64,000 bases of DNA, taken from a virus. The DNA is taken from the IMG/VR virus record IMGVR_UViG_3300042384_000288, positions 47,108-111,107 of that record; one strand, written 5' to 3'. Below the pieces are notes generated by a model. The model was given only the letters and a program-made list of their open reading frames with translations, searched no databases and had not been told where the DNA came from. Below are positions 1 through 10,095 of the stretch, piece after piece; within the stretch, counting starts at the first letter, position 1; each line of letters opens with the position of its first letter. Position numbers and translations under genes: made by a program.

Positions 1-1
1 T

Positions 2-862
2 AATTTAGGCAACAGCCAGATTATTATTAAATTATATATTTCAGGTAGTGTAGTAGGCATTATTAGTGGAAATATAGCTGGATTTACCCCACAGACAACT
101 ATTACAGGTTTTTCTAATATTAATTATGGTTTTAATGTGCATTCAAGTGCAACTTTTGCAGGCGGTGACGCAGCTAATGCAACAACAATAAACGGACTGG
201 CATCAAATCAATTTTTACGCAGTGATGTAAATGACAACAACAGCGGATATAATCTGACTGTTGGTAGTTTAACAGTGGGCGGATTTTTTACTCAAACAGA
301 AAATGCAGCTAATGTTGAATTGAGAAATACAAAAAATAACAGCGACTTAAGTTTTTACGTAAACAGCGCAAATACTGTTTCGAAAGTTTTTAGCATCACA
401 GGAACTACTAAAGCCGCAACATTATCTAACGCATTATTAGTTCAAGGTGCATTAACTGCCAGCACTACCTTAGCAGTAACCGGAGCCGCAACACTATCGT
501 CTACACTACAGGTTACTGGAAATATAACTCCTCAAAGCAATGGCACAGGCAGTGTAGGTACTAATACCAACAGATTTGCCAATGTATTTGCTAACATAGT
601 AACAGCGACTGATGCAATAACTACCACAGTAACAGCAAATACAGTAACATCAAACCTAGTAACAGCAAACACAATAACAGTGGCCAATACAGTAGCAGCT
701 GCTAACTTAACAGCATCTTCAACGTTTAAAACAGCAGTCTACGCTACAACAACAGCAAGAGACTCGGCTATTCCAAGTCCACAGGCTGGGATGATTGTTT
801 TTGTAACCACAGGCACAACATTCTGGGGATATAATGGCAGCGCATGGGTAGCATTAAATTAA
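2..862 (+). CDS. Tail fibre/baseplate-associated structural protein, 5'-truncated by the window edge
   Basis: Frame is open from position 2 (NLGNSQIIIKLYISGSVVGIISG...FTPQTTITGFSNINYGFN), upstream of the GTG at 137. Thr/Ala/Asn/Gly-rich and paralogous to 877..2424 (shared YIS..VV.I.S...FTPQ..I.GF..IN.G.N and FLRSD motifs). Confidence 0.7.
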   Translation, partial: NLGNSQIIIKLYISGSVVGIISGNIAGFTPQTTITGFSNINYGFNVHSSATFAGGDAANATTINGLASNQFLRSDVNDNNSGYNLTVGSLTVGGFFTQTENAANVELRNTKNNSDLSFYVNSANTVSKVFSITGTTKAATLSNALLVQGALTASTTLAVTGAATLSSTLQVTGNITPQSNGTGSVGTNTNRFANVFANIVTATDAITTTVTANTVTSNLVTANTITVANTVAAANLTASSTFKTAVYATTTARDSAIPSPQAGMIVFVTTGTTFWGYNGSAWVALN

Positions 863-876
863 GATAACGGAACAAT

Positions 877-2424
877 ATGCCATACATTATAACAACAACA
901 GCAGGTGCAACGCTAACAACTGTAGCAGACGACGTCGTTAACACCACAAGTACTAGCCTAAGTTTAATTGGTAAAAACTATGCTGGCTATGGTATATTCT
1001 TAAATGAAAATTTTGTAAGTCTATTAGAAAACTTTAATAACAGTACTGCACCTGCAGCACCTTTAACTGGACAATTATGGTTTGACAACTCTGGCGGCAT
1101 ATTAAAGTTTTACACAGGGGTTGTATGGAAACCGATCAGCACCAGTGCAGCCAGTGCAACTGAACCAAATAACCCTATAGTGGGTGATTTATGGTGGAAT
1201 ACTCTAACATCACAGCTTAATGTTCGTGGTCCTAGTAATTGGGTGGTGATCGGACCGGCATTTACTTCGATAGCAGGAACATCAGGCGCCATTATAGAAA
1301 CCATTTTAGATACTGTTTTATTAAGTCATGTTGTGGTTAACTTTTACATTAGTAATACCGTAGTTTCTATTCTAAGCAAAGACTCGTCGTTTACTCCTCA
1401 AGTACCAATACCAGGATTTCCTACAATTAATCCCGGATTAAATTTAATATCAAGTTCGGTGCTGCCATCCAGTCAATTCTGGGGTAATTCTGTCAGCGCA
1501 GGTAGCGTAAGCGGAGTTAGCTTGACTAACTTCCTTAGATCAGATCAGGCTTCTACTAACGGTAGTAATACATTGACCGTGGGCAAACTTCAAGCAAATG
1601 CACATTTGCTTATTGATCCTACTCCAGCTGACGTACAGATTTATAGCAATAGTCCTGGTACATCTAAAGATATTGGAATATATGTCAACAGAGGCGGTAC
1701 TCCGACATTAACTCAACGCTCAATTGCCACCACTGGCGGCACACAGTTTTATGCAAACTTAACTACAGTAAATGTAAATCCAACCAGCGACAACGTAAGT
1801 GTAATTGGCAGTGGGACTACAAGATATGCAAATGTGCATAGCGTATCATTTACTGGAACAAACTTTTTCGGTACTGTGGGCACATTAACTACATTAGGTG
1901 TAAGTGGTGTAACTACAGTTAACAGTGGTAATAATGTTACTGCTATTGTCAACGGTGGTACCAGCGGGATTGGTAATATCGGAACAGCGGCTAAGCCGTT
2001 TAACACAATTTTTGCTAGATCAACTTCGGCACAATACGCTGACTTGGCAGAACGTTTTGAAACTGACAGTCCTTTAATGCCAGGAACTGTGGTTGAACTT
2101 GGCGGTGCTAAAGAAATTACGCAAGCAGTTCAAGAACTAAGTGAAGAAGTGTTTGGTGTTATAAGTACATTACCAGGCTTCTTATTAAACGGTAATGCAG
2201 GAACAGATATAACTCATCCTCCGATTGCAGTTAATGGTCGAGTACCAGTGAGAGTAATAGGTACTTGTAGGAAAGGTGATCGATTAGTCAGCGCCGGCCG
2301 TGGTGTAGCACGTGCAGCTCAGAGAAGTGAACTTACTGCATTTAATGTAATTGGCCGCGCACTACAAGATAAAATTACCAACGAAGAAGGGTTGGTAGAA
2401 GCAATAGTTAAATTAAACAGTTAA
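877..2424 (+). CDS. Tail fibre-like structural protein with C-terminal intramolecular-chaperone/peptidase G2-like domain
   Basis: N-terminal LIGKNYAGYG...NENF..LLENF and GQLWFD/GDLWWN motifs typical of large-phage baseplate/fibre proteins; C-terminal SAQYADLAERF...GVIST.PG...GRVPVRVIG...KGDRLVS. Confidence 0.7.
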   Translation: MPYIITTTAGATLTTVADDVVNTTSTSLSLIGKNYAGYGIFLNENFVSLLENFNNSTAPAAPLTGQLWFDNSGGILKFYTGVVWKPISTSAASATEPNNPIVGDLWWNTLTSQLNVRGPSNWVVIGPAFTSIAGTSGAIIETILDTVLLSHVVVNFYISNTVVSILSKDSSFTPQVPIPGFPTINPGLNLISSSVLPSSQFWGNSVSAGSVSGVSLTNFLRSDQASTNGSNTLTVGKLQANAHLLIDPTPADVQIYSNSPGTSKDIGIYVNRGGTPTLTQRSIATTGGTQFYANLTTVNVNPTSDNVSVIGSGTTRYANVHSVSFTGTNFFGTVGTLTTLGVSGVTTVNSGNNVTAIVNGGTSGIGNIGTAAKPFNTIFARSTSAQYADLAERFETDSPLMPGTVVELGGAKEITQAVQELSEEVFGVISTLPGFLLNGNAGTDITHPPIAVNGRVPVRVIGTCRKGDRLVSAGRGVARAAQRSELTAFNVIGRALQDKITNEEGLVEAIVKLNS

Positions 2425-2433
2425 GGAACTAAG

Positions 2434-3351
2434 ATGGCATACTCACAAGGTGGACTGATTGAAGCAACGGATTATAACAATCTTATCAACGGTTCCAATC
2501 AATTAAACACAGTATGGGGTGTAGGCAACGGAGACGCGGGCTACGGACAAACTGCCATTGGCACAGTGGTAGCTGGAACTACAGTAACAGCTACACAGTG
2601 GGCAACATTGATTAATACCTTAAACAGTGCTAGAAATCATCAGAGTGGAGTAGGGTCCGGTATTAGTGCTGTTACAGCTGGCCAGACTATTAACCACTTA
2701 AACACCTTACAAACAGAAATTAACACAGCATTTACTAACCGAGGATTGCGTAATGCAACGGGCAGCACAACCACAGGCACAACTGATACAACCAATCCAA
2801 CAGCAGGTGCTACATCAGCATTTAGTTATTTTAGAGACACCAACGTAACATTTAGCAGTGCTAACGCTGCTCGCTACTTCTTCAACGCTGGCGGGCAGAT
2901 TAACTTTGTATGCAGTGCTACAGACAATGCTGGCACTAGTCGCAGTCAAACACTCAGGGATATGATAAATCAAGTTGGCGGCTTAAGTGCATTCCGTAAT
3001 ACTACCAATACTGGTCGCACTGGTACTGGTGGTACTATAGTTACTAATAACACCAGCTTTGGTTACAGAAATTTAACAGCCAGTGCCCAAAATGTAGTTG
3101 ACAATGATATTAGTGGCACATACTCAGCACACGATGTTAAATTACAATTATTCTCAAACGGTATAGATACAACCGACGGCTCAAACGGCGCATCAGTTGT
3201 GTTTAGGCTGTTAGCAACCGCAGCCGCAGATGATAGTTTTGGTGGTGGTATTAATATCTCTCTGTCAGTCAGAGCAGACATAGTGTTTCCATCAACTGCA
3301 CACCTGACTAATGTGTGGGGCACACCTACAATCTCATTCGACGGTGCATAA
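2434..3351 (+). CDS. Virion structural protein (tail-associated)
   Basis: G/T/S/N-rich 305 aa with GYGQ and ARYFFNAGG motifs; AAGGA SD upstream; follows the fibre genes. Confidence 0.6.
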   Translation: MAYSQGGLIEATDYNNLINGSNQLNTVWGVGNGDAGYGQTAIGTVVAGTTVTATQWATLINTLNSARNHQSGVGSGISAVTAGQTINHLNTLQTEINTAFTNRGLRNATGSTTTGTTDTTNPTAGATSAFSYFRDTNVTFSSANAARYFFNAGGQINFVCSATDNAGTSRSQTLRDMINQVGGLSAFRNTTNTGRTGTGGTIVTNNTSFGYRNLTASAQNVVDNDISGTYSAHDVKLQLFSNGIDTTDGSNGASVVFRLLATAAADDSFGGGINISLSVRADIVFPSTAHLTNVWGTPTISFDGA

Positions 3352-3357
3352 AATCTA

Positions 3358-3387
3358 TTGACATACTATAGTAATATGTGTTATAAT
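3358..3387 (+). promoter_or_regulatory. Sigma70-type promoter
   Basis: TTGACA-18 nt-TATAAT with extended -10 TG. Confidence 0.7.
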
Positions 3388-3418
3388 AAAGGTAAGTTTT
3401 TTCCGCTTACCTTTTTTT
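3388..3418 (+). terminator. Intrinsic terminator ending the structural-gene transcript
   Basis: AAAGGTAAG-loop-CTTACCTTT hairpin followed by a T tract. Confidence 0.65.
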
Positions 3419-3434
3419 ACGGCTATATACTTAT

Positions 3435-3749
3435 ATGACAGAATTAGATCAACTAACCAAACAAATACGTCAAGCAACTGACTACCAAACTAACAAGCAG
3501 ATCCTGCGTGAAAAAATTCAAGCAGATTTACATTTTGCCTATAACGGAGGATTGTTCAAAACTTCGCCAGAACTAATTGGATTTATCAATGCCTGGGATA
3601 GTGAAACATTGTATTTAGAAGATACCTACGAAAATCCAATTGAAATCAATCGAGACGAATTTTTATCTTTGTGCCGGCAACAATACCAACAGGTAATGAA
3701 CACTTGGCATATAGAACATGAAGAACTTAAACGTGCCCGCAAAGTCTAG
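3435..3749 (+). CDS. Hypothetical protein
   Basis: 104 aa ORF, first gene after the promoter, overlapping the next gene. Confidence 0.7.
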   Translation: MTELDQLTKQIRQATDYQTNKQILREKIQADLHFAYNGGLFKTSPELIGFINAWDSETLYLEDTYENPIEINRDEFLSLCRQQYQQVMNTWHIEHEELKRARKV

Positions 3750-4527
3750 AGGTGTTATATTATTTGCCTTTAATACTGCGGCAGTTGACTATGTGGCAAT
3801 TGCAGATCAATCAGCGCGGCTTATACATCACACGCTAAATTTGCCTGTGACGCTGATAACTGACAAAGAAACAACTACTGAACACATTGATCAAACATTT
3901 GTAGTTGAAAACAATATAAACAATGTTCGCAAAGGTTATGCTAATTTAACAGCTTGGCGCAATGGCAATAGATACCAAGCATACGAACTAAGTCCTTATG
4001 ATGAAACCTTACTCATTGACAGCGACTACCTAATGTTAGATCAGTCATTGTTAAAGTTGCTTGACTTAACTCAAGATTACCAAATTATGGGCAGTAATAA
4101 ATTTCTCAAAGCAGTGTCGCCTACTCTGATGTCCGCTACCAGCATACCACAGGTATGGGCCACTGCGGTACTATTCAAAAAGACCTTAAAGTCTCAACTG
4201 TTATTTGCCCTAGTAGGAAGAATACAGCGCAATTATGATTACTATAGACGACTATACAACATAACTGCTACTAACTTTCGCAATGATTTTGCCTTTGCCA
4301 TAGCCAACAACATTATCAACGGCTACGCACAAGACAACTTAATACCTTGGGCTATGCTGACCGCAGAAAATCCCGTAGTCAATATAGAAACAACAACAAA
4401 TGGATTAATAGTTAGAGAAGAGTCGCAGGCATATCTAATACCTCGTCAGAATCTACACATCATTGATAAAGATTATCTAACATCACCTAAGTTTGAACTA
4501 TTTGTAGACAGTCTATGCCAAGAATAA
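3718..4527 (+). CDS. GT-A fold glycosyltransferase-like protein
   Basis: LSPYDETLLIDSD (DxD) and FRNDFAF motifs; paralogous to 4515..5375. Confidence 0.6.
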   Translation: MKNLNVPAKSRGVILFAFNTAAVDYVAIADQSARLIHHTLNLPVTLITDKETTTEHIDQTFVVENNINNVRKGYANLTAWRNGNRYQAYELSPYDETLLIDSDYLMLDQSLLKLLDLTQDYQIMGSNKFLKAVSPTLMSATSIPQVWATAVLFKKTLKSQLLFALVGRIQRNYDYYRRLYNITATNFRNDFAFAIANNIINGYAQDNLIPWAMLTAENPVVNIETTTNGLIVREESQAYLIPRQNLHIIDKDYLTSPKFELFVDSLCQE

Positions 4528-5375
4528 CATCACACCAAGAACAGCAGGGATTTTTAACTATTGCTCAGAACACAGTAGATACTGACTATCTAAAGTTAGC
4601 CTATGTTCAAGCCATGAGCATTAAACTTGTAATGCCGCAGAGCAAATATGCAGTATTAGTTGATCACAATACTTTAGCGAGCGTAACTGAACAACATAGA
4701 CGAGTATTTGACTATGTTATCACTATTGACAATGACATGGCTGCCGACGAAACTTGGAAACTCAGTAATGAGTGGCAGGTGTTTGAACTAACTCCATTCA
4801 AAGAAACTATTAAATTAGAAAGTGATATTGTGTTTACTCGTAGTATCGAGCATTGGTGGACAGCGTTCAGACTGCGTGACATAGTGTTAAGCACCGGCTG
4901 TAGAGATTATCGAGGTCAGTTGAGCACAGCAAGAGACTATCGTCGAGTATTTGATGATAACCAACTGCCTGATGTATACAATGGTCTAATGTATTTTAGA
5001 TACACAAGAACAGCTACGCAGTTTTTTAACATAGCTCAACAGATATATGCTAATTGGGATTATGTCAGTCAACAACTTTTAAAGAATTGTAGAGACCCGA
5101 GCCCAACCACTGACGTGGTCTATGCACTATCAGCAAAGATATTGGGAGTACAGTTATGCACGTTGCCTTCGGCAGACTTTATTAACTTTACTCATATGAA
5201 GCCTGCTATTAATGCATGGTCTATTCGACCTTGGTGTGAACAGGTAGTATGTGAAACTGACCTACCTATGTTGCGCATAGCCAATCAAAATCAATATCAC
5301 CCAGTACACTATCATGACAAGACATGGGTTACTGATGACATTGTTAAGGAGTATGAGCATGAATTCTTTAGATGA
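4515..5375 (+). CDS. GT-A fold glycosyltransferase-like protein
   Basis: LTPFKETIKLESD (ExD), YNGLMYF, TDVVYA and C-terminal HYHDK motifs. Confidence 0.6.
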   Translation: MPRITSHQEQQGFLTIAQNTVDTDYLKLAYVQAMSIKLVMPQSKYAVLVDHNTLASVTEQHRRVFDYVITIDNDMAADETWKLSNEWQVFELTPFKETIKLESDIVFTRSIEHWWTAFRLRDIVLSTGCRDYRGQLSTARDYRRVFDDNQLPDVYNGLMYFRYTRTATQFFNIAQQIYANWDYVSQQLLKNCRDPSPTTDVVYALSAKILGVQLCTLPSADFINFTHMKPAINAWSIRPWCEQVVCETDLPMLRIANQNQYHPVHYHDKTWVTDDIVKEYEHEFFR

Positions 5376-5706
5376 ATTAATTAAGGCATTTAGTTTAATA
5401 GAAGAAATAGTTGAAGAGCCATTTGAATACAGAATACATTATGACGACGCTGGTAATATTACCATGTGCACCATGCAGGATCATCCTGTAGAAACTGATT
5501 ATATTGTAGTGACTAAAGAAGAATATGATAACTACTATCAATACACTGTAGTCGACGCTAAACTTAAAAAGATTGACAGGAATCCAGGATATAATGTACA
5601 ATTAATTAAGAGCAATAGTGGATATCGAGTGGTAAAGAACCACGCCGGCCTTATTGTAGAAGGCAACGAAATCTATGAGAATATAGAATACTATGCCGCT
5701 AATTGA
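5359..5706 (+). CDS. Hypothetical protein
   Basis: Start moved to ATG 5359, which has AAGGAG at usable spacing. Confidence 0.6.
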   Translation: MNSLDELIKAFSLIEEIVEEPFEYRIHYDDAGNITMCTMQDHPVETDYIVVTKEEYDNYYQYTVVDAKLKKIDRNPGYNVQLIKSNSGYRVVKNHAGLIVEGNEIYENIEYYAAN

Positions 5707-6368
5707 CGGCGTTTTTCTTGAGCCAATTTAACTCCGGCCGAAATCCTTGCTTTTGTTTCGTCTGATACTCCGCGAGTTCTATTAGATTCTGCAATTTTTG
5801 CTTTAGATTCAGCTGTGTGTTGTGGTCCAGAAATTTTACCTTTCTTATGTGATGGCCGACCTTTTAGTGTATTTGATATTTTAGCTTTGTTTTCTTCTGA
5901 CATTGGCCCTTTTAATTTTCCTTTTAATCTTGCAGCTATATTAGCCGCATGTTCTGCGGTTTTCTTTTTACCCTTGCTTGCTGATGACATTTTTGCTTTA
6001 GTCTCGGCAGATAAAGGAATACCTATACAGCGGAGTGTTAATAGTATAGCATATTCTTTTTTGATTTGGTTATACAACCTAGAATTTATATATCGTTGTT
6101 GATATAATCTGCTGCGTTTCATTCCTATTGCGGCATGTATCATTTTTTTGTATGCTGTACCCGATGTCATTTTTGGCAACAACATATGACATATAAAATG
6201 CTCACGTCCAGTTAATTTAACTAAATTGGCGCTACTATTGTTGCCGCCTAGGGATTTAGGAATAATATGATGTTTTTCGATATAAACATCTTCTAATAAC
6301 TCTCTTGACTTTGCTTTATTAATGATGTTATAATATATGTTAGTGTATTTGTTGTTTATAAATATCAT
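5691..6368 (-). mobile_element. Free-standing HNH homing endonuclease with NUMOD3 repeats
   Basis: EKHHIIPKSLGGNNSSANLVKLTGREHFICH HNH motif; repeated SAETKAKMS/SEENKAKIS/HTAESKAKIA NUMOD3-like units; inserted antisense within the operon. Confidence 0.85.
6357..6364 (+). promoter_or_regulatory. T4-type late promoter motif encoded antisense within the first codons of the HNH gene
   Basis: Exact TATAAATA about 20 nt upstream of the ATG at 6384. Confidence 0.6.
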
Positions 6369-6383
6369 ACAGGACCTTTAAAA

Positions 6384-7286
6384 ATGACTACTATTGTAGA
6401 TGTGGCAGATTTATCAACTATTTATCTAAGTTATGACGAGCCGAGAAAAGAAGAGTTTTGGATTAAGATTCAAAACATGGTTCCGTGGGCTAAACGTGTA
6501 GATGGGGTTAAGGGCAGTGATGCCGCGCACAAAGCCGCAGCGTCAGCCAGTGATACCGATCGCTTTGTGTTAATCGACGGAGATAACATACCAGACCCTG
6601 CCTTCTTTAATCTTCAGTTGGTATTGGATAACATATCCAGTAATAAAGTTTTTCGGTGGCGAGCCAAGAATCAAATAAACGGACTACAGTACGGTAACGG
6701 TGGACTAAGCTGCTGGACTAAAGAGTTTATAGAAAATATGCAGACACATGAAGCCAGCGATGGCAGTGCGGCTAACGATGTAGAGTTTTGCTTCTATCCT
6801 AATTATTGGGCAATGAGTGATTGCTACAGTACAACATACCCTAACGCTACACCATTTCAAGCATGGCGAGCAGGATTCCGCGAAGGCGTTAAGATGTGTT
6901 TAGATCGTGGAGCAAAGCCCCCAATGGAAGAATTTGAGCGACGTGTACATAGTCGTAACTATGATAACTTATGTATTTGGCAAACCGTCGGAGCAGATGT
7001 TGAGAATGGATTTTGGGCTATACTCGGAGCACGTCAAGGTACGTATCTAACAATGTTAGAAGATCAATGGGACTACAAACAAGTACAAAATTTTGATGCG
7101 CTTGAAAAACTATGGAATGAATACGAAAGTATCAATGAACCCATAGATCACTGTAACCACTTAGGTGATGTATTACGTACTCGTTTAGGGTTGCCTATTG
7201 TAGACATGAATCCAGATGAAAGCAAGTTCTTTAAACATCATTATAAAAGTAACTTTAAGAATCAAGGCATAATGGTGCGTGAATAA
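6384..7286 (+). CDS. Glycosyltransferase-like protein (GT-A)
   Basis: YLSYDEP, VDGVKGSDAAH, VLIDGD (DxD), AWRAGFREGVKM; homologous to the C-terminal domain of 23072..26131. Confidence 0.6.
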   Translation: MTTIVDVADLSTIYLSYDEPRKEEFWIKIQNMVPWAKRVDGVKGSDAAHKAAASASDTDRFVLIDGDNIPDPAFFNLQLVLDNISSNKVFRWRAKNQINGLQYGNGGLSCWTKEFIENMQTHEASDGSAANDVEFCFYPNYWAMSDCYSTTYPNATPFQAWRAGFREGVKMCLDRGAKPPMEEFERRVHSRNYDNLCIWQTVGADVENGFWAILGARQGTYLTMLEDQWDYKQVQNFDALEKLWNEYESINEPIDHCNHLGDVLRTRLGLPIVDMNPDESKFFKHHYKSNFKNQGIMVRE

Positions 7287-8232
7287 ATACACATTAGAAT
7301 TAGAAAATGACCAATTATTAAATATAATTCCACTGGTTAAATTCTTAAAAGATCACGAAGGAAAAGATATATCTTTATCTGTAAATCAAGAATCGCATTG
7401 CCTTGAACATTGCAGAGTTTACGAGTTGCTTGATCTGTTTAATTTTAAGTCGGTAGTAATATATACGCAAAACTCTATTGAACAGCACAAGAAATATATT
7501 ATAGTATCGCGAGCAAGATTTTATTGGCTTCGCAAAGCAAAACTAGAAGCAGACCTAACAAAAAATTATGTATGGGATCAAACAAAAGTGTTTGGGTGCT
7601 TTTATGGCAGACCGTCTGCTGTTAGATTAGGTATAGCAGGTTATCTAACTAAAAATTATTTAGAAAAGTCATTAATAAAAATTAAATTTGATACAACACA
7701 CGAAGATTTAAGAAAACAATTTGAAATGACTAAAATATTTTCTTGGGATGTTAACAGTTTAAATAACATAGACTTATTATTATCTACTATACAGTTATCT
7801 ACAGATTATGCATATAATTTACAGTCGGGTGAATATGATTACACCCATACTCTATCTAACGATTATAGAAGTATTTTTGTTGACATCATAAGTGAGCCTA
7901 ACAATATAGGAAATAGCTTTTATCCGTCTGAAAAGTTTGCTCGTGCGGTGCTTTGTAAAAAACCTTTTATCGTTATGGCTCCAAAACATTATTTAAAATA
8001 TCTTAAACAAATGGGATTTAAAACATTTAACAATTGGTGGAGTGAATCATACGATGATTTAGAAGTTAAGGATAGATATTTTGCTATACTACAGTTAATA
8101 GATCAAATAGCTTTATTAACAATAAATCAATTGGAAGAACTAAATTCTGAGATGTCGTCTGTCACAGAGCACAACTATCAATTATTGATTAGCGGTAATT
8201 ATAGTGAAATTATAAAACCAATTAATGAATAA
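7279..8232 (+). CDS. Putative glycosyltransferase, (T/S)EK-PF family (GT10-like C-terminus)
   Basis: ISEP...YPSEKFARAVLCKKPFIV...LKQMGFKTFNNWWSESYD motif shared with 9070, 10092 and 37443. Confidence 0.45.
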   Translation: MNKYTLELENDQLLNIIPLVKFLKDHEGKDISLSVNQESHCLEHCRVYELLDLFNFKSVVIYTQNSIEQHKKYIIVSRARFYWLRKAKLEADLTKNYVWDQTKVFGCFYGRPSAVRLGIAGYLTKNYLEKSLIKIKFDTTHEDLRKQFEMTKIFSWDVNSLNNIDLLLSTIQLSTDYAYNLQSGEYDYTHTLSNDYRSIFVDIISEPNNIGNSFYPSEKFARAVLCKKPFIVMAPKHYLKYLKQMGFKTFNNWWSESYDDLEVKDRYFAILQLIDQIALLTINQLEELNSEMSSVTEHNYQLLISGNYSEIIKPINE

Positions 8233-9073
8233 ACCTATATTACCGTTTGTTGAAACTATGATTACACAGGTATGTAATTTAAGTTGTCACGGCTGCACTA
8301 ACTACAGTGACCTACAACATGAAGGTTATGTTTCGTGGACGCAGGGCAAACAGGAATTAGAAGCATGGCTTACTCGAGTCGATATTTTAGATTTTGGTAT
8401 ATTGGGTGGTGAACCGCTAGTTAATCCAGAAGTGGACAAATGGATTGTCGGCCTACGAGAATTGATGCCCAATGCACAGATACGTTTTACTACTAACGGT
8501 ATCAAGTTGGATAAAAAGTTTCATCTGATTCAATTACTGCACGATATCGGTAACTGCGTGATTAAGATTGGCGTACACGTAACCGATCCTAAATTAGAAG
8601 CAACTATACAACGCATATATGACAGTTATGATTGGGAACCAGTTACTGAATACGGTATAGACAGACATATTACAGGCGACCGTGTACGCTTTCATGTTAA
8701 ACGACCGGACACGTTCTATAAAACATATCAGAGCACTTATGCTGATATGAAACCACATAATAGTAATCCTGCAGAAGCGTTTGCTATTTGCTGTCAACAA
8801 ACCTGTCCACTATTATATCAAGGCAAGCTGCATAAATGTAGTACTGCTGGGCTAATAAAAGAAACATTAGCTAAAGTGGGCAATCCTAACATGGATCTGT
8901 GGGAGCCAGTTATTGATCATGGTATAGGAACCGATTGTAGTGATACGGAATTAGAGAGATTTTTGGATAACTTCGGCAAACCTAATGACATTTGCCGCCA
9001 ATGTCCCACCTTAGCGGATACCAATGCTAAAATTATTCATATTGACAATGTATCAACAAAAAAGATTAAATGA
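8225..9073 (+). CDS. Radical SAM protein with C-terminal Cys cluster
   Basis: CNLSCHGC, GGEP, FTTNG; C-terminal CCQQTC...HKC...CRQC. Confidence 0.85.
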   Translation: MNKPILPFVETMITQVCNLSCHGCTNYSDLQHEGYVSWTQGKQELEAWLTRVDILDFGILGGEPLVNPEVDKWIVGLRELMPNAQIRFTTNGIKLDKKFHLIQLLHDIGNCVIKIGVHVTDPKLEATIQRIYDSYDWEPVTEYGIDRHITGDRVRFHVKRPDTFYKTYQSTYADMKPHNSNPAEAFAICCQQTCPLLYQGKLHKCSTAGLIKETLAKVGNPNMDLWEPVIDHGIGTDCSDTELERFLDNFGKPNDICRQCPTLADTNAKIIHIDNVSTKKIK

Positions 9074-10095
9074 ATATAAGCATACAAACATTGGATAGAA
9101 AGATTTGGCGCAAAGATTTACTAGTAGATGCGTTACGTCAATGCTACAGCACAAATCAGCCAATTCTATTAGATTTTAGCCCAGAGGGATCTTGCGCAGA
9201 AGCGTTGGGATTATACAAACTATTGGATGATTTCTGTCATCGATCAGGGTATAGCAAGCAACTTATTACAATTAAAACAGCTAATATGCTTGAGCATCAT
9301 GCTGAATATAATATTATTAAAGATGTTAGCTGCTGGTATGAAGTAGCTAAAATTAAAAAATGGCTGATAGGCAAGACTTTAGATATCCGCTATACCCCAA
9401 CTAAACATTTTGCTAATTTTTCTAGTAGAAGTAATTGGTATAGATTATGGATTGCAACTATATTAGACAAATATTATGCTGATAAAACGCTACAAACATA
9501 TCATTATGATCCGCTGAGAGAAAATTTTAATGGTAACGGTTATGTTGGATTAGATGATTTAATAAATTATAAATGTGACATTGTAACTGACGCTGTGGAA
9601 TTTATTAAAACTTGTCCGCGCACCTTAGATATAGAATATTTACAAAATTTAGATAATTGTAAAGATAGCATATTTCAACATGAAAATAGTTATTATCCAA
9701 TACAACACCCATCAAATTTAAATTTGTTGCAATATTATAATGATATATTTGTTGATGTTGTATGTGAACCAAATGTTAGTGGTAATTGTTTTCTAGTAAC
9801 GGAAAAACTATGGAGATGCATTGTCGCACGTCGTCCATTTATAGTAATGTCAAATCCTAATTACCTTGCTAATCTACATAAATTAGGATTTAAAACATTC
9901 AACGACTACTGGTCCGAGGAATATGATTATTATAGGCAAACAAACCGCATACATAAAATTGAATCATTATTAGCTAGTATTGTAACAATGGATACCGGTG
10001 AATCATTGACTAAAATGAAAGATCTATTAGATCATAATTATAATGTATTCATGATGTTGAATCAGTTTAAACTTCGAGGGGCATTTATTCGATGA
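9070..10095 (+). CDS. Putative glycosyltransferase, (T/S)EK-PF family
   Basis: VCEP...VTEKLWRCIVARRPFIV...LGFKTFNDYWSEEYD. Confidence 0.45.
   Translation: MNISIQTLDRKIWRKDLLVDALRQCYSTNQPILLDFSPEGSCAEALGLYKLLDDFCHRSGYSKQLITIKTANMLEHHAEYNIIKDVSCWYEVAKIKKWLIGKTLDIRYTPTKHFANFSSRSNWYRLWIATILDKYYADKTLQTYHYDPLRENFNGNGYVGLDDLINYKCDIVTDAVEFIKTCPRTLDIEYLQNLDNCKDSIFQHENSYYPIQHPSNLNLLQYYNDIFVDVVCEPNVSGNCFLVTEKLWRCIVARRPFIVMSNPNYLANLHKLGFKTFNDYWSEEYDYYRQTNRIHKIESLLASIVTMDTGESLTKMKDLLDHNYNVFMMLNQFKLRGAFIR

Noticed and set aside
595-715. GTAACAGC-type short repeats in the first ORF
   Set aside because: Explained by low-complexity VTAN peptide repeats of a fibre protein.
5693-5710. Possible duplicated start (ATGCCGCTAATTGAC) marking the HNH insertion, analogous to 20507
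   Set aside because: Similarity to the 6384 start is too weak to support without a comparator genome.
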